Shown here: positions 15,106 to 28,382 of the stretch, piece by piece
Layout: every line of letters starts with the position of its first letter
Numbering within the stretch: position 1 is the stretch's first letter
Assembly: GCA_951406725.2 (NCBI GenBank)
Contig: OX597820.1
Location: 84,568,001-84,632,000 of the forward strand
DNA length: 64,000 bases
Source of the DNA: Octopus vulgaris
Taxonomy: Eukaryota
Direction: 5' to 3'
The notes under the pieces: model-generated
The model's database searches: none
Seen by the model: the letters and a program-made list of their open reading frames with translations, nothing else
What the model was told of the DNA's origin: nothing
Translations under genes and position numbers: made by a program

Positions 15106-17236
15106 TGTATGTATGTATGTATGTATAATTATATGTAAGTGCGTATGTATATATAGTTACATGCAGGTTTTTCACTTACGCAAGAATATAAGAGAAATAA
15201 TTGAATACCGATTCAAATACGGTGGCTCTTTCCTTTTCATCTCGCTGCTATATTGTTGATGCAAACAAGATGGCGTTCGCTGAATGCTAACAATTTTCTT
15301 CATAATGTCTGACACTTTGATTTGTTGCTCTTGTCTTTCTCTAAGCGCCTATTTCTAACAGATACCTATTTAATTTTAACTTTGTTATTTTTCCCCTCTT
15401 GCTATTTTTTAAAACTACAATTATTTATTCTCTTCTTTCTACCCTAATACTATGACTGTTTTAGTTAGAGAAATTGTTTTTCCCTACTACCCGAAAGCAT
15501 CGATTTTAAGTAGACAAAAGAAGAATCAGAAAATTAATCATTGCTTTTCTTTGATTTACCCTGACATCTGTCACTCTTTTACAAAGAGATATTATGTTTT
15601 GTTATCTTTTTCTCATTTTTTCTTCGTATTATTTTACAATATTTTACAATAGTTTTTCTTTACCTTGTTAATCTTTTGTTTTTTTCCCCCATTTTATTGG
15701 TATGTTTACTTCCAGAGATATATTGTTTTTATTATATTTTCTATGTTTATTTTTATTTTTCAGAGTTGAATCTGTTGGAAACAATACAAGAATCATTGGC
15801 TACTGTAACGAGTGTGTATATGTACGCATCCGTACGAATTCTGTAATGTATATAAATATATGTGTGGAAAAACAACTGACAATACACATTTTTTTTTTAA
15901 ATTTCAAATACAAAGAACACTTATCGACACAAACCTACAGTTTAAACATACAACTATACACACTATGGTTCCTATACATTAGAATACGCACTTACGAGCT
16001 TTTTAGCTGAATGACTATACACATACACACACACATGTATATATAGCTAAATAGGAATCATTGTCTCGCTCAGTGTGTTTCTGTCTTCCTTGGTATTTGT
16101 GTATATGTATGTATACATACGTAAATATACACATATTTACATTTACAGTGACACTCACACAAGCACACATGTATGTATATCTGTACAAGAATACATACAA
16201 ACGCATTTACTCACTGAAATCACCTTAACACACACGCGCGCGCGCATATATATATATACACACATGTATGTAGTGGTGTGTGTTTATATATATGTAAGAT
16301 GTAATTACTTACGCAGTAATATTATCAGCAATATAAAAGAGAACTCAATACACTGAACTACTTAAGAAAATATTATACATGCAGGCACACTCACTCTCCC
16401 CACACACTCCTCTGTACGCATGTGCACTGGTGTTACCGCGTTTGTTTCCGTTTGAATGTGTATGTTTACCTGTGCAATTTCTGTATGTTACTATCTGCAT
16501 TTATACAGTCATGAATGCTGGCTTGCCATAGAAATAGTCATTTATTATGTTTTATCTTATCTTTGATTCTCTCTCTTTCCCGCACTGTTTCTCTCCTTAA
16601 ATTCATTCACTCACTTTCACTACATCCATGTCTCTTATCGTGGGTATATTTTCACATCACCTCATTCTAGAATTTGAAGATTAAATTTAAAGCGTAATTC
16701 CTTTAAAATTAGATTTTTCTCTATTTTAATCCATTTCCCACATAAATTAGCGTTTGACAAGGAGATATATGCAGTATTCACTTGTATTTATTTGGTGCAT
16801 ATTCTATCAAATATCTACTCTTTACTTCACGATAAAATGCTCTACGTAAACCACAACACACATCAAAATTCTACCAATTTTATTTATGTGTTGCTTCATC
16901 GCTTACAGGACCATTAGTTCGTACAAAAAGAGGGGGATGTTTAATTCATATTAGTTCGCGATGGTTATTTGTGTCAAAACAGGGATAAATATTCAAAATA
17001 TTTATGATCGATTATGTATTGGTATCTTCCGTTATTATTGAGTCACTGTTGCCTTGGTTATTGAGAACGATAACTGAATTGAAAGATAATCCTTTATAGA
17101 TATTTTAACCAGGTTCGAGAACTGAACTGATGCCACTATCCATAAGAAAACTACATAAAAATGAATGAAGTTCAATCTCCTGTGCATTTCGATATGTGCA
17201 TCTTATTATTTTCTAGGAAATAGGATTTTATGATGG

Positions 17237-17272
<36 letters not shown>

Positions 17273-18798
17273 CGACGATGTTGATTATGAAAACAACAAG
17301 TATACTAATAACAGCTACAGCAATAGCACTAATAGCAGTAATAATAAACAAACAAAAATAATATAAGTGTATGTAGCAATTAATCGACTTAGAACCATTT
17401 CACTGACAGTAACAAGTTGAATGCCTTATCTACGACACAAATGCTTTAACTATAGTTTTCTCATGTATTATATTAAAGCTACAAATACTCCGTGTGTGGC
17501 GGTTTAAGTACTCAAATTTTCGAATCCTACCAGCATATCTACTCCCAACTGCTACATATGATTTCGAATAGACATACATCGGAGGTATGTTTTTGCAATG
17601 GTACATACTCGAGTTTTAAACAAACCAAATATTTAACACATACTTACTGTTTCAGAATATTTTGCTATTCAAAATACTGATCAGAACCACCGGAATATTC
17701 ATGTAGGGAATCTTATTTAGCAGTTATTCGTAAATATGGAAGGCTTACAGTTGAAATTTTTTATCTACAAATTTTTGCATTGAAGCATGAAGAATTTGTG
17801 ATTCTTCTCAAAAAATCTTGATTGATATTTTATATAATCATAATGTTGATCCGTTATCTCAATATAACCCTGGGAAGTTTGTCACTTATGCGTTGCCTCT
17901 ATAACCAACAACGATATATGACTTAGTTCTTATTTACAGATGAGGAAGGAGGTAACGCAGCAGTGAATTCAACTACATTGGGTCTTTGGATAGAAACGAA
18001 GGACGCTATGTATTTTAAAATTGTGAATCCATTGATCGAATGCCTCTGTAATTCCACCACCAGCAAGTGGCCAATTTAGAAGTTTCCTACATACATGAGC
18101 ATCTACATTCCACTCTGGATGGCAATAGTAGAATTTAATCGATGCTGATCTGTAACGTTAATCCTGACGAAACTGAATTTGCGGTTATTGTTATTGTTTC
18201 AACGCCCAGTGATCTCCAGTCACGAAGATCCAAGATTAAATGTTATCTGTGAATAAAACGAAACCAGTAACCATGTATATTTGTTTTAAGTAAAACGTTT
18301 AGTGATAAAGAGGAGGTACACATTTATCCAAATATTCTAAGTTCGCTTCGTATATCCTGAGCAATTACTTAAAAATCTTTATAGTTCGGGAATGTAAACA
18401 TAGGAATAAATTGCGCACGAAACGGCTTGAATTATGTTTGATAATTTCGACTGATGATATTCTCTATGAGGAAAACTTATGAATTGGAGTAATTGAATGG
18501 CAGTAACTTTGGTTGTCATTTGTTTTCATTTTATATGAGGAATAATGTTTCAACTATTTACACTAAAATATTTTAACTCTATTTGTATCTTCTCTAACAC
18601 CATTTATTCAATGTATTGCTAGATTTAGTGTCTCAGTTTGAAAATGATAGTTTAGTTGGAAATTTAGTCTAAATATCCATTTAGTTTCTGAAGCATCTTT
18701 AAATATGAGAATTTGTTTAATGCTTCGAGCCTTAGGTAAATAGTTCTTAGTCCTAAACTAACCAATAAAATAAATGCAAGCATAAATGATGATGAACC

Positions 18799-18842
<44 letters not shown>

Positions 18843-19031
18843 GTGTGTAAGTGTGTGTGTGCCCGCGCGCATGTGTCTAAGCATACATGTATATGCATGT
18901 GTGTATGAGTCTACTTTTCTCTCTTTCTATATATACACATATATGTATTACGTACACATTACGTGCACATGTGCAAACAAACACTCATGAACTGATACAT
19001 CTACATATATAAATACATACATGCGTTTTCA

Positions 19032-19063
<32 letters not shown>

Positions 19064-19064
19064 G

Positions 19065-19144
<80 letters not shown>

Positions 19145-19996
19145 GTTTTGCGTCAGTGCTACTCTAAGATTAGTAATAACGTGAAACCCAGAGGCAAAAA
19201 GAAATTCACAGCCAGAAATTGCAACTTAATTATCTTGTGAAGACATGTTTTGGGCTAAGCGTAAGATTGGTGCAATTGTGTTTATCTCAGAAAGCCATTT
19301 ATACCGCCAGGATTGTGTCGAGTAGTTTTGGATCAGAGAAACCTTAATCCATCTCTAGAAATACCAATAACTATCTACGGTATAATACAATAAAGAAGAC
19401 AGTTTTGTATCAACCGTTAATAAATAATGTCCTCGCTACACTTCTGAATCGGGTATGAGGTTATGATAAGCAAGCTCAGAAATACTAACTTTGGTATGTA
19501 ATAATCAGTTACTACTGGATAAACATATGTTTAAATAATTTTTTAAGCCCAATCCAATGCGGTCTAAAGAACTAAAAATACATGTAAACTGTGTGCACTC
19601 TACGAGGAATTTCGATATTTCAGTGAATAAAACGATACCAGACTGTAGGAAATCTAAAGAGAAAATATGTTTAGAGTTGGCTTCCAGAGAATAGAATCGG
19701 ATTTCCTTAAAAAGGTGTCATAACATATAACGTATTCTTTTATTGTAATCTGTGTTTATGAATGTAGATTCTCACCAACAAAGAGTCAGGTCCCAGCCTA
19801 CATTCAACGCTTTGTCATACGAATATAGTAATGCATTTGAGCACATATTATTGTATGTATATATGCATTCAAGCACGCATGTTTGCACACGTTTAAGCCT
19901 GTATGATGGCGTGCACGTCTAAGCATCACATGTATATATATATATATATATAATACCAGCGATTATAATTATTTTTATTTTATCGCAATTTGATTT

Positions 19997-20032
<36 letters not shown>

Positions 20033-21496
20033 CGGCGAATATTATTCGGTTGTGTGATTGTGTTACAACTATTACAATTGGGTGTTTGAATGGTTCTTTC
20101 AACCTTGAGATGACTCTCAAATCATGAATCTTTTACGATTACAAAAAAGTCTCTGAGTATGCTTTGAATATTTTTATTTTAAAGTAATGAAGATGTTGTA
20201 TATTAGTCTATGTTACTGAAAACGGCAGCCTTTTGCAAGGAGTTTCTTTGTCCGTCAGTAGTAAACCGAAATAGCCCAACATACGCAGTTTGCTAATTAA
20301 ATATCCCGATATTTTCAATTTCCTCCAGGTCATTTGTAACATATACCGATGTTTGATATTTTCTGTGACCTTACAGAAATCTGTGCCCTGAAGTATACCA
20401 CATTTCAACGTTTCAGGTAAGAATATAATTGGATTTCTTGATATCCCAGGGCACATAAGATGCTGTTGATCTCATGGAATAAATATAACCATATCGATTA
20501 GGCCAAAATACACTACATATATTAAGCAAGAATAAATACTCTGAAATAAATGATAAGAAGTCTATATCAAGTCAGACTTAATCATGTGTCATATGTGAAG
20601 TCGTTCATTTTATATGTTGCCAACTAGACTTCGGCTTGGCAAGACAATTGTTCCAAATCAGTGATGATGATTGACATTTAACTCCTAGGAATCACAGCAA
20701 AAGTTTTTCCAGACAAGATTCCTCCCAGAATATTATGCGAATAATTCCTCGACGGCTTTCAGTCTACTCTAATAGTGTCCGAGTCAACACGCTCACTGAA
20801 ATACGATATATATCCTCGTTGATTACTACCTGTTAGATGGGATGCAATCACTGACAAGATTAATTTTTTGATTGACCGCACCGACGCATCGTATTTCGAC
20901 CAGAACAATCTTGTTCCAGCTTACATATGATTAAGCGCATTGCATTCATGATCCTCTGAATTTTAAGTGTTACCTATGCCAAGTATCTGTTCGTTTGTCT
21001 ATTTTTTCCTTGTTTTTTATACAGCAGATGCATTTAGCAGCCGATTATAGCAGTTCGAATGACTACTTTCAAGTTTGAAAGCACCAGTTGCACACTTAGG
21101 TGGATTAATCACCTCCCTCGAAATTGTTGGCCTTGTGTCACGATTCGAAATTTCTCTGCATAATTGAGGAAAGAGGAACAACACTTTAATAAAATGAAAA
21201 ATAGAAAATGAAAGCTTTTTAGATATTCAATGAATTATATATATTTATGATATCTTAAATGTGGTTATTCAACCATACATCATATCACTGACACACCAAC
21301 AGCGAGTTAAATTACTTAGTGCCCATCAGTCTATCCAATGTTTGAGATCAGCAGACTGGGCAACGGAAAATATATAAAGAAAAGCAACCGATTTTGATGT
21401 TTGAATTACCTACTGTTCTCATACATCACATGAAATACTACGTCCAAAGACTTCCACATTAAAATCACAAATAATAATAATAATAACAACAACAAC

Positions 21497-21560
<64 letters not shown>

Positions 21561-21564
<4 letters not shown>

Positions 21565-22654
21565 AAACTGATGCAAATAGCGGCAAAACAAGAGCAAAAC
21601 AAAAAACTGTTCTCAGTATTTAAGGAAGCTGACAAATACAAACAAAAAATCATACCACCTAACAAATATGAAGAAGAAGAAGAAGAAGAAGAAGAAGAAG
21701 AAGAAGAAGAAGAAGAAGAAGAAGAAGAAGAAGAAGAAGAAGAAACAACAAAAGCTATAAAACAAATGAAATCCAAACTAAAAATAGAACAGCAACGAAC
21801 CATGATAAAACGATGGCAAGAAAAGCCCATTCATGGCAAATACTGGACTAAACTAAATGCAAAAGAAATAGACAAAGAAAAATCCCAGCAATGGTTGAGA
21901 AGTTCAGGACTCAAAGCAGAGACAGAAGGATTTTTAATTGCAGCACAAGACCAAAGCCTCCCCACCAGAAATTACCAAAAACATGTAATGAAAAGAAATA
22001 TAACAAGTAACTGCAGAATATGAGGAGATAGACAAGAAACAATAAATCATATTATCTCTGGCTGCCCAGTCCTGGCTAAGAAGGAATATATTCACAGACA
22101 CGACAGAGTTGCGACCTATATACACTGGAAACTATGCCAACATTATGGAATAACAACAGAAAAAAGATGGTATAGGCACACACCAGAAAAGGTCACAGAA
22201 AACAAGAAAGCAACTATAATCTGGGATATGCCAATACACACAGATAGAAAAATTAAGGCCAACAGACCAGATATAGTTGTCAGAGATCATGAAGAAAAAC
22301 TAAGTTTTCTAGTTGATGTATCAATACCAGCGGATGACAACGTGTCTCTAAAATAAATGGAGAAACTTTCAAAATACAAGGACCTGGAAATAGAGGTAAC
22401 CAGAATGTGGAATCTAAAAACAGAAATAATTCCTATCATAATAGGTGCATTAGGCATGATAAAACATATTCAGACAAATACGTAACAAAAACACCAGGAC
22501 TTACAAAGACATATAACATACAGAAAAGTGCACACATCCTACGCAGAACACTTTCCATACAATAACCATCAGAACAAATCACAGCACATACCCAAGGCAC
22601 ATAGAGCTGCGCTCGGTAGTGAAATGAAAGCACGATATAAAAAATATACTACTG
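21561..22654 (+). mobile_element. R4/Dong-like LINE, 5'-truncated copy A (subfamily 1), containing a (GAA)n tract
   Basis: W.EKPIHG...LKAETEGFLIAAQDQSL.TRNY, CCHC knuckle CRI*G...ETINHIISGC, RHD, NRPDIVV...DVSIP...EKLSKYKDL, IIIGALG. 3' UTR ends ...ctactg then (AAT)n. Confidence 0.92.
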
Positions 22655-22666
22655 AATAATAATAAC

Positions 22667-22728
<62 letters not shown>

Positions 22729-22735
22729 TAATAAT

Positions 22736-24733
22736 TTGTAAGAATGAGATCATGGAGAACCACACTAACTTTGAACAGTGACAATGAATGTCCAAATGCT
22801 GGTGATGTAAAAATTTCATGTGACATTTTCCAGGGTGACTCACTATCACCACTCCTCTTTTGTTTAGCCTTAATACTTCTCTCAATTACTCAATGACGCG
22901 CAGTACGAATATAAAATGTTTGATAAAAATATAAATCATCTCATTTACATGAATGATTTAAAGCTCTTTGCAAAAAATGACCAACAACTCAAGGGATTAC
23001 TAGTGATTATTAAACAATTCAGTGATGACATCAGAATGTAATTTGGCCTCGATAAATGTGCAAAAGCTACCTTTATCAAAGGAAAAATGACAGAAACATT
23101 TAACGTTAACCTTGACCAGCAGAATATCATAAAAGAATTAGATCCAGCGGAGAGCTACAAGTACCTAGGGGTAATTGAAGCGGACGGAATAAGGCATTCA
23201 GTGATGAAGGAAAGGATCAGGAAAGAATGTTATCGCAGAGTGAGAGCCATACTCAAGACAGAGCTGAATGCGAGAAACAGGATCGAAGCGATCAATGCCA
23301 GTCGTGACTTACAGTTTCAATATTGTTAACTGGTCAATTACTGAAATATGTAATCTTGACAGAAAAATACGAACACTGTTGACAATGCAGAGAATGCACT
23401 ACCCTAAGGCAGATACAGAACGACTTACTCTGTCAAGAAAAGAGGGAGGCAGTGGACTTTTACAACTGGCAATAACAATGAAGATTGCTACAATTGGCCT
23501 AGACATCTACCTGAAAATCTCTGAGGACTGGATGTGAAAACTTGTCTCAAAATATGAAAACAAGAAAGCATCATACTCAGTAAGAAAACAAGCAAAGGAA
23601 TATCTAAGTGAATTCCGAATACAACAAATTTCGGAATTAGACATACAAGAAACAAGCACAGAAAAAGCTGAACGCTTGAAAACCCGTGCTAAAACTGCTG
23701 CCTTAGATATTCTGAATGATAAATGACAAGAAAAACCTGTCTATAGCAAATACACAAAGTGAGCGAATAATGCAGATTTTGACAAAGCCCTGACCCATCA
23801 ACGGCTAATGACATCTGGTTTTAAATCTGAAACAGAAGGGTTTATCATAGCAGCTCAAGATCAATGTCTACCAACATGGAACTACCAGGCCAACATATTA
23901 AAGAACGACAGTAGCCCAACATATCGTGTATGTCAACAATAAAATGAATCCATTGATCATGTTGTCTCCAAGTGCAGTCTTCTAGCGTGTATGTCAACAA
24001 TAAAATGAATCCATTGATCATGTTGTCTCCAAGTGCAGTCTTCTAGCGTCTACAGAGTATCTCAACAGGCATGATAGAGCTGCACAAAATATCCACTGGG
24101 TAATCTGCCAAAAACCAGGATTTGCTCTATGAAAAAAATGGTGGGGACACAAACCACCTCCAGTGCTTGAAAATGACCACATCTCACTCCTCTGGAACTT
24201 CCCATTCAAACTGACAGAAAGATAGATGCACATAGGCCAGGCATCATATTGAAAGACTTCAAACAAAGAACATGCCTCCTCATTGATATGACTGTCCCAA
24301 TCGATATAAACGTATCTGTCAAGACCTACCAAAACTGAGCAAGTATAAAGATCTTGAAATATAAATTAGCAAAATGTGGAACCTGAAGACTAAAACAATA
24401 CCTGTTGTCACAGGTGCCCTGGGAATGATAGCAAAAGGGGCTGATCGCTACCTAACTCAGATACCACGAAACCCCAAAATGGCAGATATTCAAAAGATAG
24501 TGCTCATGGGAACTGCTCATATCCTACGAAAAATACGTTCTATGTAATCTCAAGTTTTAAAACAAACATAATTTTCGTTTTTTTTTACATTCACTAGTAC
24601 AACACTAAATACAAATCCAAATATATGGTACACTGGGCATAACAACATCACAAACTTCCAACCTGTTATCTCTTGAGGTCTCTGGGTGAGACTTGGAGCC
24701 AACTTGTACAAATATAAAGCAAAAGTCAAACAG
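22736..24733 (+). mobile_element. R4/Dong-like LINE, 5'-truncated copy B (subfamily 2), RT through REL domain
   Basis: IFQGDSLSPLLF, INHLIYMNDLKLF (YMDD variant), FGLDKC, YKYLGV, ETEGFIIAAQDQ, CCHC knuckle, RHD, RP.IILKD...DMTVP, VTGALG. 3' UTR differs from copy A. Many stops and frameshifts. Confidence 0.92.
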
Positions 24734-24774
24734 AATAATAATAATAATAGTTGTAGTAGTAGAAGTAGTAGTAA

Positions 24775-24824
<50 letters not shown>

Positions 24825-25049
24825 ATAATAGTAATGGTAATAGTAATAATAACAATAACAATAACAATAACAATTATAATAATAATAATAATAATAATAA
24901 CAATAATAATAATAATGATAATAATAACAACAGCAACAACAATAATAATAACAATAATAATATTAATAATAATAATAATAATAATAATAATGATAATAAC
25001 AATAACAATAATAATAATAACAACAACAATAATAATAATAATAATAATA

Positions 25050-25097
<48 letters not shown>

Positions 25098-25162
25098 GTT
25101 ATGATAATAATAATAATAATAATAATATTAATAATAATAATAAATAATAGTAATAATAATAA

Positions 25163-25248
<86 letters not shown>
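24734..25248. repeat. ~500 bp compound (TAA)/(TAG)/(CAA) microsatellite
   Basis: Seen directly. Confidence 0.95.
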
Positions 25249-25249
<1 letters not shown>

Positions 25250-25599
25250 GAGCAGATGATAACGTGTCTCTAAAAGAAATGTAGAAACTGTCAATATACA
25301 AAGACCTGGAAATAGAGGTAACTCGAATGTGGAATCTAAAAACAGAAATAATTCTTATCATAGTAGGCGCATTGAGTATGATAAAAAAATATTCAGACAA
25401 ATACACAACAAAAATCCAGGACTTACAAATATATATAACATACAGAAAATTGCGCTACTGGGCACTGCACACATCCTACGCAAAACACTTTCAGTACATT
25501 AACTATAAGAGCATCACAACAAATCACAGCACATACCCAAGGCACACAGAGCTGCGCTCGGTAGTGAAGTGAAAGCATGAAATAAAAATATAACTACTG
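25249..25599 (+). mobile_element. R4/Dong-like LINE, short 5'-truncated copy C (subfamily 1)
   Basis: Highly similar to 22330-22654 (aaagacctggaaatagaggtaac...cccaaggcacacagagctgcgctcggtag...actactg), followed by (TAG)n. Confidence 0.9.
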
Positions 25600-25607
25600 A
25601 ATAGTAA

Positions 25608-25681
<74 letters not shown>

Positions 25682-25724
25682 ACAACATAAACAACAAAAA
25701 GAACAATAACAAAAATAATTAAAA

Positions 25725-26204
25725 AAAACGAGAAAGCAACCATACTCTGGGATATGCCAATACACACAGATAGAGAAACTAAGGCCAATAGGCCAGATAT
25801 AGTTGTCCGAGATCATGAAGAAAAAATGCTTTCGAATTGATGTATCAATACCAGCAGATGACAACGCGTCTCTAAAAGAAATGGAGAAACTTTCAATATA
25901 CAAGACCTGGAAATAGGTAACTCGAATGTGGAATCTAAAAGCACTAACAATTCCTATCATATTAGGCGCATTAGGTATGATAAAAATATATTCAGACAAA
26001 TACATAACAAAAACACGAGGACTTACAAATATGTATATAATATACAGAAAAATGCACTACTGGGCACTGGACACATCCTATGCAAAACCCTTTTAATACA
26101 GGGACCATAAGAGCATCACAGCAAACCACAGCACGTACCCAAGGCACACAGAGCTGCGCTCGGTAGAAATAAAGTGAAAGCACGATATAAAATTAAAACT
26201 ACTG
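25725..26204 (+). mobile_element. R4/Dong-like LINE, 5'-truncated copy D (subfamily 1)
   Basis: Highly similar to 22200-22654 (WDMPIHTDR..KANRPDIVV) with the same 3' end actactg-(AAT)n. Confidence 0.9.
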
Positions 26205-26504
26205 AATAATAATATTAACAATAATAATGAGAAGAAGGAGAAGAAGAAGAAGAAGGAGAAGAAGAAGAAGAAGAAGAAGAAGAAGAAGAAGAAGAAGAAG
26301 AAGAAGAAGGAGGAGGAGGTAGAGGGGGAGGAGAAGCAGAAGAAGAAGAAGAAGAAGAAGGAGAAGAAGAAGAAGAAGAAGAAAAACAAGAGGAACAACT
26401 ATAGAAATATTTTATTTGCTTCAGACTTTAAGTCTAAACACTAAAACCCTGAAATTCATCAACTCAAATACTAATCAACAAATGATATACATACATACAT
26501 GTGT

Positions 26505-26550
<46 letters not shown>

Positions 26551-27855
26551 ATGTGATTGTGTATTGCTGATATAGAACATACATATGTAGAAGTTAGAGA
26601 GATAGATACACACATACTTATGTATATATATGCATATGTGTGTGTACGTGTGTGAATACACACGCACACATAAATGACTGTGTGTTCTATATCTATGACT
26701 GGATTTTTTGGAAATGCCATACAACACACATAAGCAGCTTAACGGTTGATATCTATATATGAAATGGATAACGCAGTTATATGCCTGAAAGCATAATAAT
26801 GGTTCTACTTTATCTTTTATGGAATTCAAAATACTTTAATATGGTTGATAGATGCACGAGTACAAAACATGTGATGGACCACATGCATAAGGCGTGTGAA
26901 GGGCGTGTGGATACATGCCTTAAACTATGCATACGTTCGTCCACTATATATGTTTGCTGTAGTTCGTGTTCCTTTATATATACCTTATTTATGTATGTTT
27001 CTGTGTGCATGTATTTTTATTTCATTTTCTCACTGGTCGGTTCAGTTGTCACCCAGCTTTTTATATGTGTTTTATACACATGGACATATATGTAAATGCA
27101 TGCGTCAGCAGGCATAATTTGAGTGTTCTTTTCTTTTACTTGCTGGATGTTAAGGTAGAGAAACAGCCGTCTCTTTTTCAGGTCCTCATACACCATTGAG
27201 ACTGAATCCATACATTTCATCAGAAAACTTTCTAAGATATGAGGAAGGAAGTATTTTTCTCAAGCCTTAGATCTGGAAATAAAGGAACTAGGCAGTGCGT
27301 GATTGGGTAAATCAAACGTTATCTGAAGAAGAAAGGAGGTTTGGATGAGAATGTATGAGTTGCAATGATATAAGACTGGAACGCTCTCAAGTCAGAGGGC
27401 TTTATAAATGCACTTGAAATAGCTGAGAGTGATATCAGGCATTCCGTGTTTGTAGAAATTGGAATGCTCTAAGAAAGAATTTCTCCCAATCATTCGAGTT
27501 GAAATTTTGTTGATGAAACATAAGTCATCGTTGCAGCAGCAGCACTAAAATTAATGGTAGAAGTAACATTACTAACAGCACCACCAATACCGGCAGCAAC
27601 AACAGCACCACCACTGCCACATACCTCTGAATAACATTACAATGTGGGTTTCACATAAAAATTGGAGAATATCAATGATCGTTGATGACTGAAGTATAGT
27701 CTGGTTGTGATAAAAAATAAAAAAAAATTATCAATTGACGGCATTCACAATTTCGAGTAAATTTTAAATCGCAAGTCTTCTTGCTTACATTTCCTGCCAT
27801 TATTTACAGCAACATTAAGGATGTACTGAGGCTGCCTATTATGTCGTGTCATGTG

Positions 27856-27904
<49 letters not shown>

Positions 27905-27909
<5 letters not shown>

Positions 27910-28288
27910 CTTTTACTCTTTTACTTGTTTCAGTTATTTGACTGCGGCCATGCTGTAGCACCGCCTTTAGTCGAGCAAATCGACTCCGGAACTTATTCTT
28001 TGTAAGCCCACTACTTATTCTATCGGTCTCTTTTGGCGAACCGCTAAGTGACGGGGACGTAAACACACCAGCATCGGTGTCAAGCAGACACACAAACATG
28101 TATACACACATACATATATATATATACGACAGGCTACTTTCAGTTTCCGTCTACCAAATCCACTCACAAGGCATTGGTCGGCCCAAGGTTATAGCAGAAG
28201 ACACTTGCCCAAGATGCCACGCAGTGGGACTGAAGCCCGGAACCATGTGGTCGGTAAGCAAGCTACTTACCACACAGCCACTCCTGCG
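27905..28288 (-). mobile_element. tRNA-derived SINE family B
   Basis: The reverse complement begins cgcaggagtggctgtgtggtaagtagc (A box), continues ccgggcttcagtccc (B box), has an internal TA/TG tract and ends gactgaaacaagtaaaaga-like. Matches 54095 and 46232. Confidence 0.9.
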
Positions 28289-28319
28289 TTGATGTCATCT
28301 TAAAAAATGCACGTTTGCT

Positions 28320-28382
28320 TTCTATGCTTTGGAGATAGCACTTAAGTTCTATGCTTTGGAGATAGCACTTAAGTTCTATGCT
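28320..28382. repeat. 27 bp tandem repeat, about 2.3 copies
   Basis: Unit ttctatgctttggagatagcacttaag, perfect copies. Confidence 0.9.

Noticed and set aside
16900-21000. Faint mariner-like traces at ~16950-17160 and ~20640-20990
   Set aside because: Too degraded to recover diagnostic motifs or TIRs by eye.
21470-26400. Repeat-spacer-like alternation suggestive of a CRISPR array
   Set aside because: The repeats are simple microsatellites and the inserts are LINE fragments; the context is eukaryotic with no cas genes.
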